64,000 bases of DNA from an uncultured Candidatus Poseidoniales archaeon (GCA_902563095.1 CACEWA010000001.1:104614-168613); one strand, 5' to 3'; counted from the stretch's first letter, positions 39,323-49,147 are shown. Notes: generated by a model from the letters alone, not told the origin. Numbers and translations: made by a program.

Positions 39323-41149
39323 ATGTCAGAAGAGGAAAATGACTCTGAAGAAGAGAGCAAAACCCTCGGCTGGCAACGTCAACCAATCGTTTCAGTTCTT
39401 GGCCATGTAGACCATGGTAAGACCAGTGTTTTAGACCATTTTAGATCGCTTGGCTCTGAAAGACAAGCCAGTGTAATGGATAGAGAAGCTGGAGGAATTA
39501 CTCAGCACATTGGCGCGACTGAAGTACCTGCAAAAATACTCAACGAAACCTGTGCTGCAATGACCGGTGGAAAGGATTTCAACAGCCCCGGGTTATTGTT
39601 CATTGATACTCCGGGCCACCACTCGTTCACTAGTTTGCGAAGTAGAGGTGGTGCATTAGCTGACATAGCAATTCTTGTTGTCGATGTAATGGAAGGTTTA
39701 CAACCGCAGACGATTGAAAGTCTTCGTATTCTACGAGAAAAGAAAACACCGTTTGTAGTCGCTGCTAACAAAGTCGATAGAATCCATGGGTGGAGAACTG
39801 AAAAAGGACGTTCTTTCATCGAATCATGGGCTAATCAACGAGACGATGTTCAGCAATATTTCGAAGAGAAATATTGGAAACTACTTGGTCAATTTAGCGA
39901 GCATGGCTTCAACATTGAAAGATACGATAAGATTCGTGATTTCAAGTCAAACCTTGCTTTAGTACCATGTTCTGCAAAAGATGGTGAAGGACTTCAAGAC
40001 CTGCTAACTGTTACCGTAGGACTAGCAGAACGTTTCCTAGAAGAAAGACTGAGAGATACTCTTGGCTATGGCGAAGGAACTGTTCTAGAGATGAAAGATG
40101 AAAGGGGATTGGGTAAAACCATCGATGTAATCCTAAATCGTGGTGAGTTGAATGTAGGTGATACTATCACATTAGTTGGACCAGATGGGCCCTTTTCCAC
40201 GCATATCAAAGGGATGTTTAGGCCAAAGGGCATGTCTGAAATGAGAGATGCTGGTGACCGTTGGGAAGCATGCGAAAACGCAGTTGCTGCTTGTGGACTC
40301 AAAATCGTGGCACCGAATCTCGAAAATGTTCTGGCTGGAACTACATTGCGTCAAACCAATACTTCTGAAGCAAAATCGATTGCTGAAAAAGAAGCATACA
40401 AAGAAGCAAAAATTTCAGTGGGCATAGCTGAAGAAGGAGTAGTAATCAAAGCGGATACTGTTGGTGGCTTAGAAGCACTTGCTTTCGAATTAGATAAGAT
40501 GAAAATCCCAATTCGAATGGCAACTGTTGGGCCTGTTAACAAAAGAGACATCATCACTGCTCAGTGTGCAGATGATGCATTGAATCAGGTGATTCTCGGA
40601 TTTTCAGTGAAAGGAAACTCAGAAGTCCAACCAAAACTAGAGGGGCCAGATGCAGAAATTAAATTCATCAGCGATGACATCATCTATCGTATTCTCGAAG
40701 AGTTCGAAGAATGGAGAGATAACACAAAGGCTGAGATGGAAGCTGAGGCTCGAGAGAATCTAGTATATCCAGGTCACTTGTTGTATCTCAAAGATCATAC
40801 TTTCAGAAATAAGGGACCTGCAATTGTCGGGATGAGAGTTCTTGGAGGCAGAGTTCATGTGGGACAGAAAATCATGAAATTAGACGGAACTCCTATCGGG
40901 CAAATCAAGAGTCTTAGAACCAGATCTAGTGAAGATGTCAAACAAGGCCACCAGGGTGAGGAATTAGCGGTCGCAGTAATGGGCCCAACGGTTGGTAGAC
41001 AAATCGAAGAAGGTGACGAATTTTGGGTAGATGTCCCATCATCACATGCTAAGCGATTAAGAAAACTCGATTTGACCCCGATTGAAGAAGAGATTTTGGA
41101 AGAATTAACCCAGCTTCATCGTAAGCAAGACCACTTTTGGGGACGTTGA
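39323..41149 (+). CDS. infB: Translation initiation factor aIF5B (IF-2)
   Basis: RQPIVSVLGHVDHGKT, EAGGITQHIGA, DTPGH, NKVD, KADT.G.LEA, PTVGRQI motifs. Confidence 0.96.
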   Translation: MSEEENDSEEESKTLGWQRQPIVSVLGHVDHGKTSVLDHFRSLGSERQASVMDREAGGITQHIGATEVPAKILNETCAAMTGGKDFNSPGLLFIDTPGHHSFTSLRSRGGALADIAILVVDVMEGLQPQTIESLRILREKKTPFVVAANKVDRIHGWRTEKGRSFIESWANQRDDVQQYFEEKYWKLLGQFSEHGFNIERYDKIRDFKSNLALVPCSAKDGEGLQDLLTVTVGLAERFLEERLRDTLGYGEGTVLEMKDERGLGKTIDVILNRGELNVGDTITLVGPDGPFSTHIKGMFRPKGMSEMRDAGDRWEACENAVAACGLKIVAPNLENVLAGTTLRQTNTSEAKSIAEKEAYKEAKISVGIAEEGVVIKADTVGGLEALAFELDKMKIPIRMATVGPVNKRDIITAQCADDALNQVILGFSVKGNSEVQPKLEGPDAEIKFISDDIIYRILEEFEEWRDNTKAEMEAEARENLVYPGHLLYLKDHTFRNKGPAIVGMRVLGGRVHVGQKIMKLDGTPIGQIKSLRTRSSEDVKQGHQGEELAVAVMGPTVGRQIEEGDEFWVDVPSSHAKRLRKLDLTPIEEEILEELTQLHRKQDHFWGR

Positions 41150-41249
41150 GATAATCGCTATACGTCGTGATTCTGTGCGACTTGTGGACGCAATACCTTG
41201 AAGTATGGAATGGGCTGGTTGGCTTCTTGTACCAAGGAGTGTTATCACC

Positions 41250-42257
41250 ATGAACGCAGGATTCCAAGCAGGAGCACCAGCAGGCGACCACCGCACAAAG
41301 GACCTCATTGCAACTGTAGCTTCGATTGCAAATTCACTAATGGGTGAAGTTTCAAAGGTTATCATCGGTAAGAACGAAAATCTTCGAAGAGTTACTGTTG
41401 GAATCTTATCCAATGGAAACATGCTGCTGGAAGATTTCCCTGGATTAGCAAAGACCTTGCTAGCAAATACATTCGCACGTGCACTGGGTTGTAAGTTCAA
41501 GCGTGTTCAGTTTACTCCTGATTTGCTACCTAGCGACATTATGGGTACATACATGTATGATCAAAAGTCTGGAGAATTCAAACTTCGTGCAGGTCCACTA
41601 TTTTCAAACATCCTACTTGCTGACGAAATTAACCGTGCCCCTCCTAAGACTCAGGCTGCTTTGCTTGAGGCTATGGAAGAAAAGCAAGTTACTATTGAGG
41701 GTATTACTCACAAGTTGCCTGCACCTTTCGTTGTATTGGCAACACAGAACCCTATTGAGCAGGAAGGAACATACCCTCTACCTGAAGCACAGATGGACCG
41801 TTTCTTGATGAAGATGAGTATGGGTTACCCTGATCGTGCTGAAGAAAAAGCAATTCTAGCTCGCAGAAAACTACGTGGTAAAGACCAACACGATGTTGAG
41901 CAAATTACCTCACCAAAGAAGGTTGTAGCTATGCAAAAGGCGCTAGAAACCGTTCACGTCGACCCTGCGATTCTATCTTACATCGTCGAAATAGTTCAGA
42001 GAACTCGTGAAGATCACCGTGTTGTAAACGGTGCTTCTCCTCGTGCTAGCCAATCATTGTTCAAGACTGGTCGTGCTGCAGCAGCAATCGATGGAAGAGA
42101 TTACGTCATTCCTGATGATATCAAGGGAATCGCATTACAAATTATTTCTCACAGAATCGTGATGAAACCAGAAGCAAAGATTCGTGGAATCACCGGAATG
42201 CACATCGTTCGAAAGATCCTGTCCGAAGTTCCAGTTCCTGTCATTCAACAGGGATGA
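41250..42257 (+). CDS. MoxR family AAA+ ATPase
   Basis: LLEDFPGLAKT, RVQFTPDLLPSDI, LADEINRAPPKTQAALLEAM, ATQNPIEQEGTYPLPEAQMDRF. Confidence 0.94.
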   Translation: MNAGFQAGAPAGDHRTKDLIATVASIANSLMGEVSKVIIGKNENLRRVTVGILSNGNMLLEDFPGLAKTLLANTFARALGCKFKRVQFTPDLLPSDIMGTYMYDQKSGEFKLRAGPLFSNILLADEINRAPPKTQAALLEAMEEKQVTIEGITHKLPAPFVVLATQNPIEQEGTYPLPEAQMDRFLMKMSMGYPDRAEEKAILARRKLRGKDQHDVEQITSPKKVVAMQKALETVHVDPAILSYIVEIVQRTREDHRVVNGASPRASQSLFKTGRAAAAIDGRDYVIPDDIKGIALQIISHRIVMKPEAKIRGITGMHIVRKILSEVPVPVIQQG

Positions 42258-42337
42258 TTCCCACTCCGTAAAAGCGACTCTTTACAGGGGGGCGCCTATC
42301 TCGGCGTTACACGGCAGCGAGTTTAGGAGGCGATTAG

Positions 42338-43306
42338 ATGAATCCGTACAAGATGGTAGTAGCGGTTGCAAACCAAAAAGGAGGGTGTGCAAAAACGACT
42401 ACTGCGGTAAACTTAGCTGCTGCATTGGCAAAGGGTAACCCCAAATTCAAAGTTCCCCCAGCAAAGGTTCTTCTCATCGATTTAGACCCTCAAGGAAATT
42501 GTGCAACTTCTTTCGGTGTTGAGAAGAAAAAAATCAAGAAAACCGCTTATGATTTATTAGTCAACGATAGTGGTGAAGATTTACCATTGATGGAAGAATA
42601 CCTCATTTCTCCTCAAGAATTAACTGAGTCGATGCAAAAAGCGTGGGCAAAACGTAATGACAACTCAAACAGAGTGCCTGAAGATTTGGCAATCGACAAC
42701 TTGTGGCTACTTCCTAGTGACATACATCTATCCGGTGCTGAAATTGAATTGAGCCATAGAATTGGACGTGAAACGAGGCTAAGAGAGGCTCTTGCTCCAA
42801 TCATTGACAAATTCGACCACATAATTATCGATACCCCTCCTTCGCTAGGATTATTGTCGATAAACGCATTATGCGCTGCAAATTGGGTTTTCATTCCAGT
42901 ACAAGCAGAGTACTATGCTCTCGAAGGATTCAGTATGTTGATGAATAGTGTGAAAATGATTCAAAAGAGAATTAATCGAAACCTGAAGATTTTCGGTGTT
43001 GCTATGACTATGGTAGACCAGCGATCGAAATTATCTCTTCATGTATGTAATGAGGTTCAATCTAAGATACCAAGAAAGGTGTTCAAGACGCCTATTCGAA
43101 GGCTTGCAAAGGTTGCAGAAGCCGCTTGGACAGGGGCTCCAACTGTAATCCTGAATCGACCGAGTAAAAGTGGAGCAGGAGCGGGTAGTAGAGAATACTG
43201 GTCTCTTTCGAAAGAGTACCATCAGAGAGTGCAAGAAATGCGCCGACAATTCGGAGTTACAGAACACCCCAGATTGCTTCTAGAAAAGCAAGGCCGGTCA
43301 GTTTAA
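42338..43306 (+). CDS. ParA/Soj family ATPase
   Basis: Deviant Walker A NQKGGCAKTTT, DLDPQGN, IIDTPPSLG, PVQAEYYALEG. AGGAGG SD. Confidence 0.92.
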   Translation: MNPYKMVVAVANQKGGCAKTTTAVNLAAALAKGNPKFKVPPAKVLLIDLDPQGNCATSFGVEKKKIKKTAYDLLVNDSGEDLPLMEEYLISPQELTESMQKAWAKRNDNSNRVPEDLAIDNLWLLPSDIHLSGAEIELSHRIGRETRLREALAPIIDKFDHIIIDTPPSLGLLSINALCAANWVFIPVQAEYYALEGFSMLMNSVKMIQKRINRNLKIFGVAMTMVDQRSKLSLHVCNEVQSKIPRKVFKTPIRRLAKVAEAAWTGAPTVILNRPSKSGAGAGSREYWSLSKEYHQRVQEMRRQFGVTEHPRLLLEKQGRSV

Positions 43307-43381
43307 TCAGGTTTCAAAACACGCATTCCAAGCAATGGTATGCGCGCGGGATTCAAGTAGTCAACAGTCGCCATAGCATAC

Positions 43382-43624
43382 ATGACCGGAGAAGGGATGA
43401 CCTCTGTGAGTGTAAGTTATGAAGTTAGAAGGCAGTTGAATACATTGAGAACGATGGATGGTCATCGTAGTGTAGACTCTTTCTTATCAGAATTGATTAG
43501 GGCACATAAATTAGCGAAAATGAACGGGGATTTGGAAGAGTTGCGCACTCATATGAAAGAGGTCGCCGATGTTAGTGCTGAACACCTAGTTCAAAGGTTG
43601 AACTTAGCACCATTCAAGGTTTGA
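43382..43624 (+). CDS. Ribbon-helix-helix / VapB-like small DNA-binding protein
   Basis: TSVSVSYEVRRQL..L....G..SVDSFL.ELI fits a strand-helix-helix RHH pattern. TTCAAG box at -30. Confidence 0.6.
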   Translation: MTGEGMTSVSVSYEVRRQLNTLRTMDGHRSVDSFLSELIRAHKLAKMNGDLEELRTHMKEVADVSAEHLVQRLNLAPFKV

Positions 43625-43633
43625 GGTGATTCC

Positions 43634-43891
43634 ATGGATTGGAGGCCCTCAGGTTACATGTTATCGACTAAAGACCTGGTTCACGCTATTTTTGATGGCA
43701 ATAGTGATGCTGGGAAATTACTAGTCAAAGCCACTATGGGTGAAGTGGAATTATTCGCAGCACCGAAGAGTTGGAACGCAATATTGTGGCTGATTACTAG
43801 CACATTGAAAGTTGATGGAACACCAGTCTATTCTGGTACTAAATTGGGCGAATTAAAATCTAGTTTACCCATTGTATGGCGCGCTGATTAA
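43634..43891 (+). CDS. Small protein resembling a truncated, degenerate PIN (VapC) domain
   Basis: YMLSTKDLV..IF......KLL..A..GEVELF..P.SW..I aligns by eye with the PIN N-terminal half but lacks the catalytic Asp/Glu. GAGGTGA SD. Confidence 0.45.
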   Translation: MDWRPSGYMLSTKDLVHAIFDGNSDAGKLLVKATMGEVELFAAPKSWNAILWLITSTLKVDGTPVYSGTKLGELKSSLPIVWRAD

Positions 43892-46351
43892 TCACTTTCC
43901 TTGCTTAGCAAGCCATTCTGCACCATACCATTTCCACTGGTCCATGGTCCAGCCTTCTGGTAATCCTTCAGCAGGAACTGGGGGCGCTTCTGGCGGTGAT
44001 TGTGGAACAGGGGCAGCTTGTGGCTGTGGCTCAGCAACCTCTTCAGTAGTGGTTTCTGGTGGCATTCCTGCTAATTCCTCTAAAGATGCTGATTCTTCAA
44101 GCACTTCGGTGGTCTCGGTTGCAGTGCCATCTCCTTTGATATCGATATCATCGAATCCAGTGCCCAATTCTTTTCCATCATCACCAACTTCCATCGGTTC
44201 GATTTCATCATCCCAATACTTGTCAGATTCGACTCCTCCAGATGCTGACAAACCTGCTTTGCCTTCCAATGCCTCATCTTCAGCACTGTTTTCACCTTGT
44301 ACTAATGGAGCGCCATAGGTCTTGACCAATGCTCTGCGACGACGCGCCTGCCCTATTGCTGCATATATCAGTAATACAGCAACAATTGCTGCAAAGCCAG
44401 CACCAAGGAATGGTAAAATCTCAGTAGCTGTCTCAAGATACTGGTCACTCGATTTTGCTTCATCCTCTTCTACATCACCTGAATTTCTCCAAGCGAAATA
44501 ATCCTTAGCAGTCTCGCCGGCTGATTCCTTATCTGCGAGATAATTTTGGTAATCAACATCTCTTATGCCCTGGCAAGTTTCTGTTTCATCTGTAATCACT
44601 AATGCACAGTGATCTTCTATCGTCTGAACTAGTTTGTTTGAATCGTTATAATCCATACTGAGACCAACTTCATCATCATCAGCATCGATGTAATCTCTTG
44701 CATCGTTTGGCAAATCATCGCCGTAGTCGTAGAATCCATCTCCATCGCTGTCAATGCAACCGAACTTTTCTGTTACAACATAAGTCAATGTCAATGAACC
44801 ATCGCTTGAAATTTCTGGGATATACGCGCTGGTTGAATTGCCCCATTCCAGTGGGCAAGCATCAGGGTCATTACCCTGCAAATTATCTCCATAACCGTCG
44901 CTATCAGAATCCATCCATTGAGTTACATCATATATTGCGAAATCCGCTCCATCCCCGATGGTCCAATCATCTGTAGGGTCAGAATAACCGTCGCTGTCAG
45001 AATCCTTGCATCCGATTCGGTCCATGGTAGAAAATCCGTTCTCATCTGGACATTCGTCTCCGTCAGTTCCGTTGAGATTATCTCCAAAGCCATCAAAGTC
45101 AGAATCGGACCACTGCGTGGGATCTTGAGGGAATCTGTCTCCATTCTCTGAGCCCATGTTGTCGCCGTATCCATCGCCGTCAGAATCCATCCATTGTCCT
45201 GCATCATTAGGGAATGCATCAGAATCATTTCCGTCAGGATTATCTCCATACCCGTCTCCATCAGTATCTACCCATTGTGAAACATCACTAGGGAATTCGT
45301 CGGAGTTGTTTCCGTTTGGATTATCTCCATATCCATCTCCATCAGTGTCTTCTGTTTGAGAAGAGTCTTGCGGGAAATGATCTTGACTATCTGTAACTCC
45401 ATCTCCGTCAGTATCTAAATCGAACAACCTGATTTTAGAAGATGATGAAAATGTCGAGATTATGTATAATTCTCCTGAATCTCCGTATACTCCCATCATC
45501 ACCCTACCTGCGGAGGAAAATTCGTCACTTTCGGTAAATGTGGTATCATCAATTACGTGCAATTTACCATTTTGAGTTCCTACTAGAATTTCTCCATTTG
45601 CAGCGACGGTAATCGAAATGATACTTTGTCCGCTAGAAATAGAAGTTTCTTCTTTAGACCAATCCGTGAAATCATATCGGAATAAATCACCGTTCGAACA
45701 ACCAACAATGATGTTTCCATTTCCGTCATTGATTATCTTGGTTGGATAAGATGTGAAATCTGAAAGACTGTTTTGCAATACTCCTTCTTGTGTGAATACT
45801 TTGACTAAATTATCTCTTCCACCAGTAACTATTCTGTCTTCAGAAATAATGGTCATAGCAGTCATTGCTGTGTTATGCGCTTCTGTATTTTCTCCAGTTT
45901 CTTCGATTGAATCGTATTCTTTAGCACGCCTTTCTCCTCCAAAGAAACCAAACCACAAATCTCCTTCTGAATCCCATTCGACCGCATCTACGGAATTGGA
46001 AGTATTGTACTGTGATGTAACGATTTTGAGTTCGGTATTAACGATGTATACTCCACCGGTATGTGCGACTGCAACCTGTAATCCAGTAGCATCAGGAGTT
46101 GCTGAATGAGCTGTTGTGTTTAACTCGAGTGACCATTGGGTAATCAACTCACCACTACCCCAGAAATGCTCGGAAACATTACCCGCAGTGGTTACGGTTA
46201 GCAGGGTTGAGGAAGAGGAAAACGATGTGTGTATGAATCGACCATCTACAGTATCGATAATCCCGACTTCTAGTAAGTTAGATTCAGCATCTACTGCAGG
46301 TATTGCAGGCAGTAGTAACAGAGCAAGAAGAACAGCGAGTGCTTTCCTCAT
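43892..46351 (-). CDS. Surface protein: signal peptide, WD40-like beta-propeller, thrombospondin type-3 (Ca-binding) repeats, TM helix, acidic/Pro-rich tail
   Basis: IVTGGRDNLVKVF propeller blades, repeated WxDxDGDGYGDN, TM helix ILPFLGAGFAAIVAVLLIY, terminal GLPEGWTMDQWKWYG. Confidence 0.82.
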   Translation of the reverse strand: MRKALAVLLALLLLPAIPAVDAESNLLEVGIIDTVDGRFIHTSFSSSSTLLTVTTAGNVSEHFWGSGELITQWSLELNTTAHSATPDATGLQVAVAHTGGVYIVNTELKIVTSQYNTSNSVDAVEWDSEGDLWFGFFGGERRAKEYDSIEETGENTEAHNTAMTAMTIISEDRIVTGGRDNLVKVFTQEGVLQNSLSDFTSYPTKIINDGNGNIIVGCSNGDLFRYDFTDWSKEETSISSGQSIISITVAANGEILVGTQNGKLHVIDDTTFTESDEFSSAGRVMMGVYGDSGELYIISTFSSSSKIRLFDLDTDGDGVTDSQDHFPQDSSQTEDTDGDGYGDNPNGNNSDEFPSDVSQWVDTDGDGYGDNPDGNDSDAFPNDAGQWMDSDGDGYGDNMGSENGDRFPQDPTQWSDSDFDGFGDNLNGTDGDECPDENGFSTMDRIGCKDSDSDGYSDPTDDWTIGDGADFAIYDVTQWMDSDSDGYGDNLQGNDPDACPLEWGNSTSAYIPEISSDGSLTLTYVVTEKFGCIDSDGDGFYDYGDDLPNDARDYIDADDDEVGLSMDYNDSNKLVQTIEDHCALVITDETETCQGIRDVDYQNYLADKESAGETAKDYFAWRNSGDVEEDEAKSSDQYLETATEILPFLGAGFAAIVAVLLIYAAIGQARRRRALVKTYGAPLVQGENSAEDEALEGKAGLSASGGVESDKYWDDEIEPMEVGDDGKELGTGFDDIDIKGDGTATETTEVLEESASLEELAGMPPETTTEEVAEPQPQAAPVPQSPPEAPPVPAEGLPEGWTMDQWKWYGAEWLAKQGK
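44660..45420 (-). repeat. Coding tandem DxDGDG(Y/F)GD thrombospondin type-3-like repeats
   Basis: About 8-9 imperfect copies in the translation, with a roughly 27-aa period in the core copies. Boundaries approximate. Confidence 0.75.
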
Positions 46352-46407
46352 ACCTACCCCCAAGTACGACGGCCCTATGAATGGCACGGAGTGAAGTGTT
46401 TGAGCAT

Positions 46408-49047
46408 TCAGGCTTCATCTTCATCTGATTCGATGTTCAAATCAGTGTTTGGAGACTCGACTGGATTGAGTTTACTAATCGGCTTCAATGACGCAGTTGC
46501 CTCTTTTTCTTTCTCTTCGCCTGGTTTTTGTCCTGGTGCAGATGATGGAGGAGGTCCTCTTCTCTTGACTGGAGTTAGAACTTTCATTGTAACTGGCTTT
46601 AATACGGCTGTTTTTACTTCCTCTACAGTTTCTACAACTTCGAGTTTCTTAATTGGAACCAGTGTGGAAATCTTTTGAATCTCTTCGACTAAATCTTCGG
46701 AGGCCTCTTCCAATACATCTTCGATAGATTCAATTTCAGTTTCTTCTACTTCCGACTCAATAACAGATTCAATCTGTGTTTCGATCTCAGGTTCTAGATT
46801 CTCTACTACTGGAGCAACGGCTTCAATATTTGCTACTTCAGGTTCTACAGGCGCTGTTTCAATTTCCAGTTTAGGTGCGGTTACCACCTGTTCTGGAACT
46901 GATTCTATTACTGGCGCTTTGATTTCTGGAACTTTTACAACAGAAGGTGCAATTACAGGACTTGCTGTAATCGGCTTTCGGACAACCTTTGGTTGAATCG
47001 GCTGAGGGAGGTTGGCTGCCATACCTGGTAGATTCGCTCCACCTATTGGTGTCTTCACAGGTCTAGCTATCGGTTGAGCGCCGCTTAGAGCCTTGGCTGC
47101 TGAGCGAGGTGCTCGCATTCCTGCTAATCCCATCGAAGGAGTATGTTGTGCTGCTGCTTGAGCTAATGCACCGCGTGGTTGTCTACCGGCTGTAGCGCCC
47201 AAAGAGCCGGGTCTTGCACCTAATGCGCTTGGGTCAATTCCCATCTGTGGTTGTTGTGCTTGAGTTCCTTGTCCGGAAATTGCTTGTAACCAAGATTGGC
47301 GCTTTTCTGCTCTTGCATCTTGAGATTTGAGAGTGTCAAACTCTTGTTGCTGTTCCGCAAGTCTTGCTTCATCAGCATCGATATCGCTCTGTACTTTACC
47401 TTCAATAGATTCACGCATCTTGACTTCCGCCATAGTACGGAAGTCATCCATTTGCTGAGTCAGCGATGAGAGACGGTCACGGATTTCGGAGCGCTTGACG
47501 CCCAGTTGTGCCTCAATTTCTGCACGGATGTTAGCCTCACGCTTTCGCACTTCGATAAGTGCCTTGTTTCGCATGATTTCCTCGCGCTTGTCGAGTTGTC
47601 TCTCTAGTTGAGTTGCAACCTCATCTTCCTTACGTGTTCTGAATTCTGATAAGCGCTGCTCCATCTCTGCTTCGAGTTCAAGTACAGTTTCTTCCTTTAG
47701 CAAGTCTAGATCGGTTTCGTGAGTAATTCTTTCATTACGTAGTCTACCATCAATCTCTGACATGATGGCCTTTCGAGCCGCTGTCTCTCTTGCCTTGAAT
47801 TCTAATTCTAGACGCTCAGACCAATCGGTCTTCTTTGCATCATACCTTTCGGATAATTGGTCATGTAACTCTGCTTCTCGCTCGTATCGGAAACGTGCAA
47901 GACGATTTTGGATTTCTGATTCTCTTGCATTGCGATATGCAGCAAATTCTTGGTCCATCCTAGCTTCGAGTTCTGTTTCAATTTCTGATTCTAATGAGCG
48001 AGAAATATCGTCAACAGCCTTGGAGAATGTCAAATCATATTTCTCTCTAATTCGGCTCTTTCTTTCAGACAATTTTTCGGAATACTTAGCCTCTAACTGC
48101 CTTTCTACTTCTCCTCTGAGCCCTTCTCTCCTTCGAGCGACTGCTAGTTCGATATCTTGTCGCATCCTCTCTTCTAATTCCTTAGTTTCTGAAGATAATT
48201 TAGATTCTAATTCTTCTTGAATAGATGCGGCTATATCTTCCTCCAATCTTAGGCTGCGTCTCTCATATTCCGCACGCATAGTCGCTTCTCTTTGCTTCAA
48301 CCTCAACTTGAGTTGCTGCTCCAATCTTGTTCGAATTCCTCTGCGCAGAGATTCTTCTCTCTCGGCTAGTTTCTGGTTTTGAACTTCCTCTAGTTTCTCA
48401 ACTTCCTTGGATTCCAATTCTTCGAATCGGCCTTCCATTTCTTTCTGGATTGTAGCTTCCAAATCACGGATTTTTCTCTGCAGAGACTGGTTAAATTCTA
48501 TCTCTAACCTTTCTCTTTGGAATGATAGGCGTCTGCGATGCTCGTCGGATAGTTGACTTTCCAATTGAGAAATTATGGTAGTGCGGTGTTCCTCTACCTT
48601 ACGGTTTTGCTCAACTTCTAAAGATTCTTTCAAACTTTGAATTTCTCTTTCGAGGCGCATTTCATGCATTTCTCTCAATCGAATTTCTTCACGAGTCAGA
48701 GTCTCGGATTCTAATTGCGATAATTCCTCTTCCATCTGGCCTCTTAGTTCGCCTTCAAAGGCGCTGAGTGTCATTTCATGCTGGCGGGAAATATCGGTAG
48801 CCATATTGTCTTGCATCAAAGAAATTCTTTCTGCTAAAGCCTCACGGCGTAATTTGCTTTCGCGCCTTAATTTGGCACGGAGTTTTTCTTCCTCTCGGAA
48901 ACGCGAGTTTTGCATTAACGTCTGATCCAAAGATGGGGACGGAGTAGACGTGAATTGGGCTCGTAATGCTGAGAGGTCGACTTGGCCTGAAGAATTACCT
49001 CTCCTCAAACCACTTTTTGCTCCTGACTTGCTATCGCTAGCACTCAT
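46408..49047 (-). CDS. Long coiled-coil protein with a low-complexity Pro/Glu-rich tail
   Basis: About 540 aa of uninterrupted, Pro-free E/R/L/K helix, then Q/G/A/P-rich and acidic segments. No TM helix or ATPase motifs. Alternative start at 49080. Confidence 0.78.
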   Translation of the reverse strand: MSASDSKSGAKSGLRRGNSSGQVDLSALRAQFTSTPSPSLDQTLMQNSRFREEEKLRAKLRRESKLRREALAERISLMQDNMATDISRQHEMTLSAFEGELRGQMEEELSQLESETLTREEIRLREMHEMRLEREIQSLKESLEVEQNRKVEEHRTTIISQLESQLSDEHRRRLSFQRERLEIEFNQSLQRKIRDLEATIQKEMEGRFEELESKEVEKLEEVQNQKLAEREESLRRGIRTRLEQQLKLRLKQREATMRAEYERRSLRLEEDIAASIQEELESKLSSETKELEERMRQDIELAVARRREGLRGEVERQLEAKYSEKLSERKSRIREKYDLTFSKAVDDISRSLESEIETELEARMDQEFAAYRNARESEIQNRLARFRYEREAELHDQLSERYDAKKTDWSERLELEFKARETAARKAIMSEIDGRLRNERITHETDLDLLKEETVLELEAEMEQRLSEFRTRKEDEVATQLERQLDKREEIMRNKALIEVRKREANIRAEIEAQLGVKRSEIRDRLSSLTQQMDDFRTMAEVKMRESIEGKVQSDIDADEARLAEQQQEFDTLKSQDARAEKRQSWLQAISGQGTQAQQPQMGIDPSALGARPGSLGATAGRQPRGALAQAAAQHTPSMGLAGMRAPRSAAKALSGAQPIARPVKTPIGGANLPGMAANLPQPIQPKVVRKPITASPVIAPSVVKVPEIKAPVIESVPEQVVTAPKLEIETAPVEPEVANIEAVAPVVENLEPEIETQIESVIESEVEETEIESIEDVLEEASEDLVEEIQKISTLVPIKKLEVVETVEEVKTAVLKPVTMKVLTPVKRRGPPPSSAPGQKPGEEKEKEATASLKPISKLNPVESPNTDLNIESDEDEA

Positions 49048-49147
49048 AATATCCCATCCAGTAACGCATGGTCTTCTCATGATAGATAAGGAGCGCGATG
49101 CGGTCGATACATCGCGAGGCGATTTATACGACTATTCGCGTCTGCCA

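Noticed and set aside
44660-45420. Periodic DNA repeats that could suggest a CRISPR array
   Set aside because: They are imperfect, in-frame codon repeats of DxDGDGYGD inside a CDS. There are no identical direct repeats with unique spacers and no cas genes.
46408-49047. SMC/Rad50 assignment for the coiled-coil protein
   Set aside because: There is no Walker A/B, signature motif, hinge or Zn-hook.
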